A stretch of DNA of 64,000 nucleotides from Pseudomonadales bacterium (GCA_046347205.1 JAXMGN010000001.1:181226-245225); one strand, 5' to 3'. Counted from the first letter of the stretch, positions 19,734-31,493 are shown. The notes: generated by a model not told the origin, from the sequence alone. Numbers and translations: made by a program.

Positions 19734-20873
19734 GTGATTACTGTAACTGACATCCCCTTCTCAAACAGCATAGTCATTGCGACCTTGCTGGCTGTGCTCT
19801 GCCTGAGCTTTCGCCGCACGCAACACAGAGAACTGTTCCCCGTGCCTGTCACACAAGAACTCAAAGGCTTGGGCATACTCACTATCGTGTTTGCACATAT
19901 CAGCTACATGTTGGTGACAGATAATACCTTTCTTGCACCGCTGTCACTCGCCGCCGGTGTCGGCGTTGATCTTTTTCTGTTTATGTCTGGCTACGGCCTC
20001 ACCGTTGGCATGCTAAAAAAACCACTGCCCGCTATCATGTTTTATCGCCGCAGGCTCATTAAAGTATTTATTCCCTTTTGGATAGTACTAGCCATTTTAT
20101 TTGTGTGTGACCGGCTATTTCTCGATATTCACTACACCTTAATTTATATTCTGCGGTCATTCTTCGGTTGGTTTCCCAGTGCTAATGCCTATAAAGATGT
20201 GAACTCACCTTTTTGGTACATCAGTTGGATGCTGATGTTTTATGCGCTGTTTCCTCTGCTGTTTATGCATAGCCGCCCATGGCTAACTGCAATCTTACTG
20301 TCGATCATTGCCAATATTTTTGTCTTGGTTGATCCATTACAACTACAGGTAAATTGGTTGCATCGCTTGCACACGAATGCATTTTCACTAGGTATGCTGC
20401 TGGCGTGGTGGCTGGGCAGCCATCCAGAACAACAACAGCGCTTGGAACAATTTCGCCAACAGCCCAACAATGCATTGCGCACACTGATTGTGATCACCTC
20501 GCTAACTTTTGCCGCTTATATGGCAGCTCACAACGGCATGGACCATTGGCCGATGGTCGCCACTGCGTTGGAATCCATGGGCTTCAATGCAAAGTTTTTT
20601 ATCGGCCAAACAACCAGTCTCTTCGCCATGGCGGCACTGATTATTGGCTTTTCACTCAAGCGATGGGACAACCGTTTTTTGCATTTACAGGGCGTATATT
20701 CCTACGAAACATACCTGCTGCATTGGCCACTCATGTATCGCTATGACATTTTCTTCCGCTTTCTGCCTGCCTGGGCGGCTACTCTCGCCTGGCTTGCAGC
20801 ATTCATCGGCATTGGCTGGTGCTTACAAAAAATAACCACGCCTATCGGCGCGTGGGTTGATCGCACGCGCTAG
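19734..20873 (+). CDS. Acyltransferase-3 family membrane protein
   Basis: ELKGLGILTIVFAH, GVDLFLFMSGYGL, FWYIS, SYETYLLH; multiple TM segments. Confidence 0.85.
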   Translation: MITVTDIPFSNSIVIATLLAVLCLSFRRTQHRELFPVPVTQELKGLGILTIVFAHISYMLVTDNTFLAPLSLAAGVGVDLFLFMSGYGLTVGMLKKPLPAIMFYRRRLIKVFIPFWIVLAILFVCDRLFLDIHYTLIYILRSFFGWFPSANAYKDVNSPFWYISWMLMFYALFPLLFMHSRPWLTAILLSIIANIFVLVDPLQLQVNWLHRLHTNAFSLGMLLAWWLGSHPEQQQRLEQFRQQPNNALRTLIVITSLTFAAYMAAHNGMDHWPMVATALESMGFNAKFFIGQTTSLFAMAALIIGFSLKRWDNRFLHLQGVYSYETYLLHWPLMYRYDIFFRFLPAWAATLAWLAAFIGIGWCLQKITTPIGAWVDRTR

Positions 20874-20919
20874 GCATTTACAATCTGCCCCCCCTGCCCG
20901 CTCAGCGAACCATTCAGTC

Positions 20920-21756
20920 ATGTCCAGACGCGAAAACGATATTTTTGACAACACCGCCATCATTCCCGACACCGAGGATCGCTTGGCGCGTGCTGCCGCA
21001 CCCAAGCCTACCGCCACAACGCGCAGCGCAGAAAAAAAAACCAGCACAGCGCGCAGTAACACCGGCGGGCGCGGTCAGTTAATTCTGACTCTACTGGCCT
21101 TCGCAGTGCTGCTGATCATCGCAGGCTTTTTACACTATCGCATTACGCAGCAAATCGACACCAATAACAAATTGCAGACGCGCCTAGAGGCTCTAGAATC
21201 ACAATTGGGCGTTACCATCACTGACAACAAAAAAATCGGTGACACCATGGATGACAAGATAAAAAAATTGGAAGCACGCTCAACCTCAAACAGCGAGTCA
21301 CTCTCAAAATTAACGGCTACTATCAACGACAAACTTAAAAAGTCTGTAGACGAACACGAAAAATCCATCAATACCTTACAGACCAATATTGCCGACATCA
21401 AAAAAACCATTACACAAAACGACAAACAAAACAACGACACAGCCAAATTAGCCAGCGATGGCAAACAAGCTGCAGAGCGCGCCAATACCGCCGTCACCGA
21501 GCTGGGTAACTCGGTGACAGCCTTGCAACAGCGCGTTACACAGGGAGATCCCGCTGCGCGCGACGCAGGACGACAAGCAACCATGGCGCTTGAGCAAAAC
21601 GACCAACTGCAAAAAAAATTGGACGCCATTAACAAACGCGTGGCAGATCAAGAAGAAACTTTGCGCAGCATCGACAGCTTCCGCCGCAGCGTGAACAGTG
21701 ACCTCAATAAACTGAAACAGGATCGTGCACAAAATACGGCAATCCCCATACAATAA
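20920..21756 (+). CDS. Single-TM, long coiled-coil hypothetical protein
   Basis: Basic linker, one TM segment (LILTLLAFAVLLIIAGFL), then heptad-rich coil ending SIDSFRRSVN. Likely start ATG 20920. Confidence 0.75.
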   Translation: MSRRENDIFDNTAIIPDTEDRLARAAAPKPTATTRSAEKKTSTARSNTGGRGQLILTLLAFAVLLIIAGFLHYRITQQIDTNNKLQTRLEALESQLGVTITDNKKIGDTMDDKIKKLEARSTSNSESLSKLTATINDKLKKSVDEHEKSINTLQTNIADIKKTITQNDKQNNDTAKLASDGKQAAERANTAVTELGNSVTALQQRVTQGDPAARDAGRQATMALEQNDQLQKKLDAINKRVADQEETLRSIDSFRRSVNSDLNKLKQDRAQNTAIPIQ

Positions 21757-21807
21757 ATCTGCCGCTCCAGTACGGCTTCCTTTTCTGAATTTTTTGAGGG
21801 CTCAATA

Positions 21808-21990
21808 ATGAAACTACTCCAACTAGCAGCCATTTCTCTTGCCATGTTGATCTCTACGGTCGCGCTGGCTGATGAATGCACAGCAACCTGTGACAGTGAA
21901 TACGCCGACTGCAAGAACGTGGCGGAATCCGGTACAGCCAAGCAAGCCTGTGAAGACGATCTAAAGCAGTGCAAAGCTGACTGCCAATAA
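21808..21990 (+). CDS. Secreted 6-Cys mini-protein
   Basis: Signal peptide ending ALA, GAGGG SD, and Cys spacing 3-6-12-6-3. Confidence 0.75.
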   Translation: MKLLQLAAISLAMLISTVALADECTATCDSEYADCKNVAESGTAKQACEDDLKQCKADCQ

Positions 21991-22007
21991 TTTTCCCAGC
22001 TCACGCT

Positions 22008-22048
22008 TGCCCCTCTCGGTTTACCCGTCAGAGGGGCAGCTTTATAAT
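22008..22048 (+). promoter_or_regulatory. guaB promoter overlapping a 9-bp hairpin
   Basis: TTTACC-N17-TATAAT (22020-22048); TGCCCCTCT/AGAGGGGCA stem (22008-22038). Confidence 0.5.
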
Positions 22049-22069
22049 TCGCGACCTCCCACCCCCTAG

Positions 22070-23551
<1,482 letters not shown>

Positions 23552-23566
23552 GTAGATTTTTCACAC

Positions 23567-25138
23567 ATGCAAAATATTCACGCCCACAAAATTTTGATTG
23601 TGGATTTTGGCTCGCAATACACACAACTCATTGCGCGCCGCATTCGGGAAGCTGGGGTCTATTGCGAAATCTACGCTTGGGATTGCGCACCCGAAGCCAT
23701 TAAAAATTTTGCGCCGCGCGGTATTATTTTATCGGGCGGCCCAGAATCCGTAACTGAAGCACAAGGCCCCAGAGCGGCCGCCATAATTTTTGAATTAGGC
23801 ATTCCTGTTCTGGGTATCTGTTACGGCATGCAAACCATGGCAGAACAATTGGGCGGCAAAGTAGAAAATTCTCCCGTGCATGAATTTGGCTACGCACAAG
23901 TGGCTGTACACGGCGATGCCGCACTGCTACACGAACTTGTAGATATTGAAAAAGACAACCAACGTTTGCTGGACGTGTGGATGAGCCACGGCGACAAAGT
24001 GACTGCCATGCCCGATGGCTTTCAGTTGATGGCATCAACACCTAGCTGTCCGATTGCCGGCATCTACAACGATGAAAAACATTTTTATGCTCTGCAATTT
24101 CACCCAGAAGTGACACACACCAAACAAGGGCAGCACATTTTTTCTAGATTTGCACTGAATATTTGCCAATGTGAACCGCTGTGGAATGCAAACAATATCG
24201 TTGATGACGCGATAGAAACCGTACGCAAAAAAGCAGGCAAGGACAAAGTTCTGCTAGGACTTTCCGGCGGCGTAGACTCTTCCGTTGTCGCCGCTTTGTT
24301 ACACCGTGCCATCGGCGATCAACTGACTTGCGTTTTTGTTGACAACGGCTTGTTGCGCAAAAATGAAGGCGATCAAGTGATGGCGATGTTTGCGCAACAC
24401 ATGGGCATCAAAGTGATTCGCGCCAATGCGGAAGATATTTTTCTGCAGAAATTGACCGGCATTGCTGATCCCGAACAAAAACGCAAAATTATTGGCAACA
24501 CGTTTATTGATATTTTTGATGCCGAAGCTACAAAATTGGACGGCGTGAAATGGTTGGCACAAGGCACAATTTATCCTGATGTCATCGAATCTGCCGCCAG
24601 CAAGCATGGCAAAGCGCATGTCATTAAGTCACACCACAATGTCGGTGGTCTGCCGGAAGACATGGCTTTCTCCCTCATCGAACCACTGCGCGAATTGTTC
24701 AAAGATGAGGTGCGCAAAATCGGATTGGCACTGGGTCTGCCCTATGACATGGTTTATCGCCATCCATTTCCCGGGCCTGGCTTGGGCGTGCGCATCTTGG
24801 GCGAAGTCAAAAAAACCTACGCCGATATTTTGCGCGAAGCCGATGCCATTTTTATCGAAGAACTGCACAAAGCCGACTGGTATCACAAAGTTAGTCAAGC
24901 GTTTGCTGTTTTTCTACCCGTCAAATCTGTTGGCGTGGTCGGTGATGGACGCCGCTATGAATACGTTGTTGCATTGCGTGCCGTAGAAACCATCGACTTC
25001 ATGACGGCGCGCTGGGCACATCTCCCCTACGAACTACTAGAAACCGTATCGAGCCGTATCATCAACGAAATTAGCGGCATTTCCCGCGTGGTCTACGATG
25101 TTTCCTCGAAACCTCCCGCTACAATTGAGTGGGAATAA
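23567..25138 (+). CDS. guaA: GMP synthase
   Basis: [42 protein letters not shown]. Confidence 0.98.
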   Translation: MQNIHAHKILIVDFGSQYTQLIARRIREAGVYCEIYAWDCAPEAIKNFAPRGIILSGGPESVTEAQGPRAAAIIFELGIPVLGICYGMQTMAEQLGGKVENSPVHEFGYAQVAVHGDAALLHELVDIEKDNQRLLDVWMSHGDKVTAMPDGFQLMASTPSCPIAGIYNDEKHFYALQFHPEVTHTKQGQHIFSRFALNICQCEPLWNANNIVDDAIETVRKKAGKDKVLLGLSGGVDSSVVAALLHRAIGDQLTCVFVDNGLLRKNEGDQVMAMFAQHMGIKVIRANAEDIFLQKLTGIADPEQKRKIIGNTFIDIFDAEATKLDGVKWLAQGTIYPDVIESAASKHGKAHVIKSHHNVGGLPEDMAFSLIEPLRELFKDEVRKIGLALGLPYDMVYRHPFPGPGLGVRILGEVKKTYADILREADAIFIEELHKADWYHKVSQAFAVFLPVKSVGVVGDGRRYEYVVALRAVETIDFMTARWAHLPYELLETVSSRIINEISGISRVVYDVSSKPPATIEWE

Positions 25139-25140
25139 TC

Positions 25141-25177
25141 AATAAAAAAAGGAGGCACAAGGCCTCCTTTTTTTATT
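25141..25177. terminator. Bidirectional intrinsic terminator between guaA and the DUF1302 gene
   Basis: AATAAAAAAAGGAGGC-ACAAG-GCCTCCTTTTTTTATT between convergent genes. Confidence 0.85.
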
Positions 25178-25190
25178 GCTACACACCTTC

Positions 25191-26975
25191 TTAGAAGGTG
25201 TATTTTACGTTAAGTGAAACATTGTCGCGGTCTGTCCACAAATTGTTAGGACCACTGAAATCGCTGTAGTAGCCAGAAAATTTCCAATGCTCCAAATAGG
25301 TAAACTCAGCACCCACACTCCACCACAAGTTGTGTTCATTGTAGTTGAATGTTGAGAAGCTGCCATCAATGCCGTAGTTCACAAAGAACGGAATGGTCAG
25401 ATCTACACCTTCAAATACGTTCTTGTATTCAGGCATAAACTGTACGCTCATGCCTTCGCCGTATTTAGTAAACGCACCAAGGTGGGCAAACTGCAACTCG
25501 TCATCTGAATAACTACCCACATACCAGCCACCCAATTCGCCCACTAAAGTAGCCGTATCCCATAGTGCATTGGGCTGGAAGATGTATGTGCCGCCGATAT
25601 TAACATTATGAATTTCTGCACGGTTGGGCCAACTAAATGTGGCAGCATTTGCCAAAGTATTGGCTGTTGTCATATCGACAGGCCACTGGTTAAAACCAAC
25701 TGCTGCCAAATAGCTTGCATCCCTACAGTGCTGCCTTACTAAATCTTTGGCTCTACATGCGGGCACAATAGGTGCGTTGGCGCGATAGGAATACTCAGCA
25801 CCCACCTGAACACCACCAACAACTGTATTCAATGACATCCCGTACAAGCGAATATTGTCAAAATAGCTAATGCTGTACTTGGATGTATCAAATCCAGGAG
25901 CAGTCATCATCTGCGCTTCCGCCATGTTATTGGCAGCCCAAAACATAGGGTATTTATCTGTGTAATTGACAATGTAAGCCCCTAACTCTGTGCCTTCACC
26001 GACTGTTTGCCTAACCGCAAAGCCAAACTGCTTGTTGTTGTTTGGGTTGTGCTCTACACGATCCATGCCAGCACCATTCGAGAACGGTCCAGCAATAAAG
26101 CGATCACCATCAATAAAGTCCTGCATTTCAAAGAAGGAGCCCGTTGGGAACAGCGTAGATTTAATCCACTCGTATTGCCAATAAGCTTCAACAACTGTGC
26201 TATCCGTTACAGCAAGCGAGCCATAGACCGCCCCCGTAGGCAGGAACACTTCTTTCAGCTCAGCACCAGGCACCGTTGAAGCAGAAGAGTCAATGCGGTT
26301 TTGCGCAAAAGCGATACCACCTTGCAGCATTAACGCTTCACCCCAAGTGATTACTTGACGACCCACGCGAACATCTAAGCTATGACCGCCCAAATCAAAG
26401 GAACCATAAGCATACGCATCCAAAAAGCGTGCCTTATAGCCCATGGTGTGCTTGTATTCGTCATCCCAATGATTGACAGAATTGATCTGATTCGCCGCCA
26501 ACTGATTATTCGACCCGTTGGCACCTATGTTGTAACCATAGTTATAGAGGTACTTGCCAGACCAATTAGGTCTTCCAAATGGAACAGAGTCATAAAAAAT
26601 TTGCGGCCTTAAAAAGAGGCCAAGATTTTGGTACGTGATATTGATGTCAGAGAGGATGCCAACGCGGTTAGACACCGTATCCCACTTATCGTAGTTACGC
26701 GTACCGTCATCAGAGTTCATGCGCTGTACAAGATCCTTGAATTCGATGTTTCCAGCAAATGCCTTTGCTTTATTCATATCGATTGTGCCGCCCATCAAAT
26801 TCTTATCGCGACCATCTACGCGCCACTGACGACCGTAAGTAATGGTGGTATCCACATCGACTTTCAAATCGTCGGAAACTTGAAACTCCAATGCATTCAC
26901 TTGCAACGAGAGAGGCAGCAAGCTGGCAACCAGCATCATTTTTACCGCTCTGATCGACCGATTTTTTGTTTTCAT
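25191..26975 (-). CDS. DUF1302-family outer-membrane beta-barrel
   Basis: Signal peptide, NSDDGTRNYDK, VGRQVITWGEAL, ELKEVFLP, TDRDNVSLNVKYTF (terminal Phe). SD before ATG 26975. Confidence 0.85.
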   Translation of the reverse strand: MKTKNRSIRAVKMMLVASLLPLSLQVNALEFQVSDDLKVDVDTTITYGRQWRVDGRDKNLMGGTIDMNKAKAFAGNIEFKDLVQRMNSDDGTRNYDKWDTVSNRVGILSDINITYQNLGLFLRPQIFYDSVPFGRPNWSGKYLYNYGYNIGANGSNNQLAANQINSVNHWDDEYKHTMGYKARFLDAYAYGSFDLGGHSLDVRVGRQVITWGEALMLQGGIAFAQNRIDSSASTVPGAELKEVFLPTGAVYGSLAVTDSTVVEAYWQYEWIKSTLFPTGSFFEMQDFIDGDRFIAGPFSNGAGMDRVEHNPNNNKQFGFAVRQTVGEGTELGAYIVNYTDKYPMFWAANNMAEAQMMTAPGFDTSKYSISYFDNIRLYGMSLNTVVGGVQVGAEYSYRANAPIVPACRAKDLVRQHCRDASYLAAVGFNQWPVDMTTANTLANAATFSWPNRAEIHNVNIGGTYIFQPNALWDTATLVGELGGWYVGSYSDDELQFAHLGAFTKYGEGMSVQFMPEYKNVFEGVDLTIPFFVNYGIDGSFSTFNYNEHNLWWSVGAEFTYLEHWKFSGYYSDFSGPNNLWTDRDNVSLNVKYTF

Positions 26976-27255
26976 TATTTCTCCACCCAATATTTAAGAA
27001 ATATGTCATTCCGATGCGTGCCACACCGTTACTCGACACGCAGTAAGAGTCACGGTGCGGGATTAAGCCAGAAAAAACCGTAAAATGCAAAGCAATATTT
27101 TGCTGCATTTTCAATGACTAACCCCCTGAAACTCACCTATATTGTTACCATTGGTTACACAAATGTTTTTTTACCTGGGTCATTCGCACACACTTCGTCG
27201 TGACTGTATTTTTTTGTTTATCATAGCCGCCTCAAAATACCGCAATACATACCCC

Positions 27256-27897
27256 ATGAGCACCCGAATCATTATTGCTGACGACCACCCGCTGTTTCGA
27301 AATGCCCTATGCCAGGCCGTTAAGCAGGTCGTGACTGACGGAGATATTCTGGAGTGTGACAGTATCGACTCTCTGGAAAGCCTGCTCGCCGAACAAAGTG
27401 ATATCGACTTGATTCTGTTGGATCTGCGCATGCCTGGCGCCAACGGCTTTTCTGGCTTGGTACTCATTCGAGGGCAATATCCAGATATCCCTGTGGTCGT
27501 TATTTCTGCCAGTGATGACCACAACATCATGCAGCGTGCCATGGAATACGGCATTGCGGGTTTTATTCCCAAAGCGTCCGATTTGAGTCAAATCGCTGCT
27601 GCCCTTCAGACTATTTTGAACGGATCACTGTGGCTCCCTGCACAACTTCCACCCTCATCAGACAACACAGAACGCGCATTTGCGCAGCGCCTCAAAACGC
27701 TAACACCGCAACAATTACGCGTGTTTATGATGTTGACCAAAGGCCTTCTCAACAAGCAAATTGCCAGCGAAGTCAATGTTTCTGAAGCCACCGTACGCAC
27801 CCACATGACAGCTATTTTTCGCAAGCTGGGCGTGAGAAACCGCACACAAGCGGTGCTAGCGGCGGGTTATTTAAACATTGAAGAACCAACAACGTAA
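27256..27897 (+). CDS. LuxR/NarL-type response regulator (ErdR/CrbR-like)
   Basis: IIIADDHPLFR, LLDLRMPGANGFSGL, GFIPKAS, LTPQQLRV...LNKQIA HTH. Start ATG 27256. Confidence 0.9.
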   Translation: MSTRIIIADDHPLFRNALCQAVKQVVTDGDILECDSIDSLESLLAEQSDIDLILLDLRMPGANGFSGLVLIRGQYPDIPVVVISASDDHNIMQRAMEYGIAGFIPKASDLSQIAAALQTILNGSLWLPAQLPPSSDNTERAFAQRLKTLTPQQLRVFMMLTKGLLNKQIASEVNVSEATVRTHMTAIFRKLGVRNRTQAVLAAGYLNIEEPTT

Positions 27898-27913
27898 GCT
27901 TGGATTGTCTTGG

Positions 27914-29773
27914 CTACAGCGATGACATCAACGCACGCAGTTTTGCAGGCTTGACCGGCTTGGCCATAAATAAATAGCCGCGATCCTCTACTAACCTACG
28001 AACATCCTCTGTATTGTTTGCGGTGATAATCAGAACCGGCAACGTTTTTTTTGACCAGCGAACCAAACCAGCCGCCACATCCAAACCCGTGACACCATCA
28101 TCCAACTGATAATCGGCAATTACCAAGTCTGGCGACGATGCTTGCAGGGCCTGCGTAGAAGACTCGGTATCGCACGCCGTCGCCACCGTACAGCCCCAAC
28201 CTTCTAGCAACGCTCGCATGCCTGCCAACACATTGGGCTCATTATCAATACACAACACCGACAACGCCAAGCTACCGCCGGCACTGGCTAACAGCACTGG
28301 CGGTGCAGATGGCACGACATGACTCGACTCTGCCACTGGCACATCCACTGAGAAAACTGAACCCTGTTTAGGCCATGAGCGCAAATGAATGGAGTGATGC
28401 AACAGCCGAGAAATACGGTCAGCGATGGCCAAGCCTAAACCCAACCCTCTTTCGCCTTTATCATGTTCCGGCGTTTGTAATCGACGAAACTCAAGGAAAA
28501 TTTCACTGCATTTATCAGCAGGAATACCAGGGCCGGTATCCCATACCTCCACGCGCAAAATATTCCCCAAACGACGACAGCCCATTAACACACGACCATC
28601 GCTCGTATAACGCACGGCATTGGACAGAAAATTCTGCAAAATACGACGCAATAAATGGGGATCACTGCGCACAGCAAGGCGCGTCTTCACAACACGAAAA
28701 TCCAAGCCGCGTGTGCTCGTTAGTGCAGTAAACTCTCTACCCAATTGATCGAACAAATCTTGCAGATAAAACACTTCTCGCTTGGGTTCTATCACGCCAG
28801 CATCTAAGCGAGAAGCCTCCAACATGCTGTTGATCAACGCATCGGCTGCCTGTAAAGACAGCACAATATTTTCAGAAAAAGATTGCAACTCACTGTCTTT
28901 TGTTTTTTGCCCAAGAGCCGAAGCAAATAGCGAAGCTGCATTGAGCGGCTGCATCAAATCATGACTTGCCGCTGCCAAAAATCTTGTTTTTGATAAATTG
29001 GCCTGCTCTGCATCTGATTTAGCCAATTCCAATTCCTGCGTGCGTTGCTGTACGCGCAACTCCAAGGTTTCATTCGCTGCACGCAACTGGCGCTCCAATT
29101 CTTTGTGCGCGGTAATATCGGTGTAGCTGGTGACAAATCCACCACCCGGCATTGGATTGCCGCTGACCTCTAACACACGTCCTTCTGGACGATAGCGTTC
29201 AAAATTGTGTGGATTGCCTTCCTTTAAGTAGCGGATTCGTTTTTCAACTTCTGTTTCCAACTCATCGGGATGACAGCCTATTTTTTCTAAATTAAAACGA
29301 ATGAGGTCCGCAACTGGCCTACCTGTTCTTACATACTCGTCTGGATATTCAAAAAACTCCAGATAGCGCTTATTCCACGCGACCATACGCATTTGCTGAT
29401 CGACGACACTGATGCCTTGCGAAATGTGTTCAATCGATGACTGAACCAGCTCCTGCATAAATTCAAAAAAGAAGCGTGCGCCGCTGATGATACTCAGCAC
29501 GTCAGCAATTTGCACCGCACCGCGCCCAACAAAAGCGCGCACCATATTGCCTATTGCGGACGATTCCGTATTTCCAACCGAGTGACAAATGATTTCTTCC
29601 GCCACATCAATATCGAAAACAGAAACCGCAGCATCAGGATCAAAACATTTTTTTGCAAGAGCATACGCATCTTGAAACCGCAGCATCGCTTCATCAGGAG
29701 GCATAAACCCCTGAGCAAAACCAATCAGCTCTTTTAAGGCAACAGGCGCTTGATTATCAGAGGATGCCACCAC
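27914..29773 (-). CDS. Soluble hybrid sensor kinase (STAC-like, PAS, HisKA/HATPase, REC)
   Basis: QGISVVD...VAWNKRY PAS, AASHDLMQPL H-box, NFLSNA, DTGPGI, GLGLGL, and REC (IDNE...ADYQL...KPV). No TM segment; GTG start with AAGGTGG SD. Confidence 0.9.
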   Translation of the reverse strand: MVASSDNQAPVALKELIGFAQGFMPPDEAMLRFQDAYALAKKCFDPDAAVSVFDIDVAEEIICHSVGNTESSAIGNMVRAFVGRGAVQIADVLSIISGARFFFEFMQELVQSSIEHISQGISVVDQQMRMVAWNKRYLEFFEYPDEYVRTGRPVADLIRFNLEKIGCHPDELETEVEKRIRYLKEGNPHNFERYRPEGRVLEVSGNPMPGGGFVTSYTDITAHKELERQLRAANETLELRVQQRTQELELAKSDAEQANLSKTRFLAAASHDLMQPLNAASLFASALGQKTKDSELQSFSENIVLSLQAADALINSMLEASRLDAGVIEPKREVFYLQDLFDQLGREFTALTSTRGLDFRVVKTRLAVRSDPHLLRRILQNFLSNAVRYTSDGRVLMGCRRLGNILRVEVWDTGPGIPADKCSEIFLEFRRLQTPEHDKGERGLGLGLAIADRISRLLHHSIHLRSWPKQGSVFSVDVPVAESSHVVPSAPPVLLASAGGSLALSVLCIDNEPNVLAGMRALLEGWGCTVATACDTESSTQALQASSPDLVIADYQLDDGVTGLDVAAGLVRWSKKTLPVLIITANNTEDVRRLVEDRGYLFMAKPVKPAKLRALMSSL

Positions 29774-29788
29774 GTTACCACCTTACGA

Positions 29789-31393
29789 TTACGCTTCAGC
29801 GGGCAGCTTGCGACCAAGAATCAAATCCGAGCATTTTTCACCGATCATCATGCACGGCGCATTGGTATTGCCGCCAATAAGCGTTGGCATAATGGATGCA
29901 TCCGCTACACGCAAACCTTCAATACCACGCACGCGTAACTCAGCATCTACCACGGCTTGCTCATCACTACCCATTTTGCAAGTGCCAACGGGGTGATAAA
30001 CCGTTTCACACACTTGGCGCAAAAATTCACGAATTCTTCCTTCATCAGTCAGATGTTTATCAGGGCGCGACGGCTCACCCATCAAGCCATCCCAGGCTTT
30101 AGCTTGCGCAATGTCGCGCACAATTTCATAGCTGCGCTGTATCACTTTCCAATCGTGTTCATTGTCGAGAAAATTAAAATCCACTAATGGTGATGCAAAT
30201 GGGTCAGCGCTACCTGGCAATACCGAGCCTCGGCTTTGTGGACGCAACTGACAAGCGTGAATCGACATACCGTGCTGTTTAGGAATAGGGTCAATCAAAC
30301 CGTGCATCAAAATAGGAATAAAGTGCAGTTGAATATCGGGAATAGCTAAATCGGAAGAAGATTTCACAAAACCGCCCGCTTCAATCATATTGCAGGCTGC
30401 AATACCTTTGTTGAGCACAAAATATTCAAAGGCGGTTTTAATTTGCAGTGGAATTTGTGTTGCCGCCGCATTCATGGTGATAGGTTTAGTGCATGTAAAA
30501 TTAGCCAGAATATCCAAATGCTCTTGCAGGTTGTGGCCTACACCGGGCAAATCTTTTAGCACTTTGATACCGGCGCGTTCTAAATCTTCTTTGCGGCCAA
30601 TACCGGATGTTTGCAAAATATGTGGCGACTTAATTGCACCGGCTGACAACACCACTTCACGCTTGGCTTCCGCTACACAAGTCTTGCGACCCTGTTTATA
30701 TTCAACACCCGTTGCGCGACTGCCATCCAATAAAATACGCGTGACATGCGCACCCGTTGCGATAGTCAAATTAGGGCGTTTGCGCACTTCCGGCGTAAGA
30801 AACGCCACCGCCGAACTGGAGCGTTTGCCGTTGCGCAGGGTTGCCTGGTAGCGTGCAAAACCTTCTTGCTGCTCACCATTAAAATCATCCGTGGCGGAAT
30901 AACCCAGCTCCAAACCCGCTGCAATAAATTTGTCGTACAAAATATTGTCGCAAGGCGCATCAGAAACTTTTAACCCGCCGCCGACACCGTGGTAACGCGA
31001 TCCGCCACGCACGTTGTCTTCTGATCGTTTGAAATAAGGCAGCACTTCGTTGTAAGACCAACCGGTATTCCCCAATTCACTCCAGTGATCGTAATCCCAT
31101 TGATGACCGCGGATATACACCATGCCGTTCAAACTACTGGAGCCGCCCAACAACTTTCCACGCGGCACATAGATTTTGCGATTGTTCAGTGCGGGTTGCG
31201 GAACGGTATACATCTGCCAATTCATTTTGTTGCTTTTTAAAACTTCAGCTGCACCACCCGGCATATGCACCATTGGGTTGTTATCTTTTGGTCCGGCTTC
31301 CAACAATAGCACTTGGTGTTGTGAATTTTCTGACAAACGTGCCGCCAAAACACAGCCGGCGGATCCAGCCCCGATCACAATAAAATCAAACAT
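29789..31393 (-). CDS. GMC-family FAD oxidoreductase (AlkJ/choline dehydrogenase-like)
   Basis: GAGSAGCVLAARLSE, RGKLLGGSSSLNGMVYIRG, YHPVGTCKMG, GGNTNAP. Confidence 0.92.
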   Translation of the reverse strand: MFDFIVIGAGSAGCVLAARLSENSQHQVLLLEAGPKDNNPMVHMPGGAAEVLKSNKMNWQMYTVPQPALNNRKIYVPRGKLLGGSSSLNGMVYIRGHQWDYDHWSELGNTGWSYNEVLPYFKRSEDNVRGGSRYHGVGGGLKVSDAPCDNILYDKFIAAGLELGYSATDDFNGEQQEGFARYQATLRNGKRSSSAVAFLTPEVRKRPNLTIATGAHVTRILLDGSRATGVEYKQGRKTCVAEAKREVVLSAGAIKSPHILQTSGIGRKEDLERAGIKVLKDLPGVGHNLQEHLDILANFTCTKPITMNAAATQIPLQIKTAFEYFVLNKGIAACNMIEAGGFVKSSSDLAIPDIQLHFIPILMHGLIDPIPKQHGMSIHACQLRPQSRGSVLPGSADPFASPLVDFNFLDNEHDWKVIQRSYEIVRDIAQAKAWDGLMGEPSRPDKHLTDEGRIREFLRQVCETVYHPVGTCKMGSDEQAVVDAELRVRGIEGLRVADASIMPTLIGGNTNAPCMMIGEKCSDLILGRKLPAEA

Positions 31394-31434
31394 ACTGACT
31401 CCTTTTCATTCCACGATTATTAAAAAACTTGACA

Positions 31435-31467
31435 AATAAAAAGCCCGTGCTAACCACGGGCTTTATT
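31435..31467 (-). terminator. Hairpin terminator/attenuator between the RND gene and the GMC gene
   Basis: AAAGCCCGTG-GTTAG-CACGGGCTTT followed by TTATTT on the minus strand. Confidence 0.7.
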
Positions 31468-31493
31468 GATGATTTCATTCACTAATCAAGACG

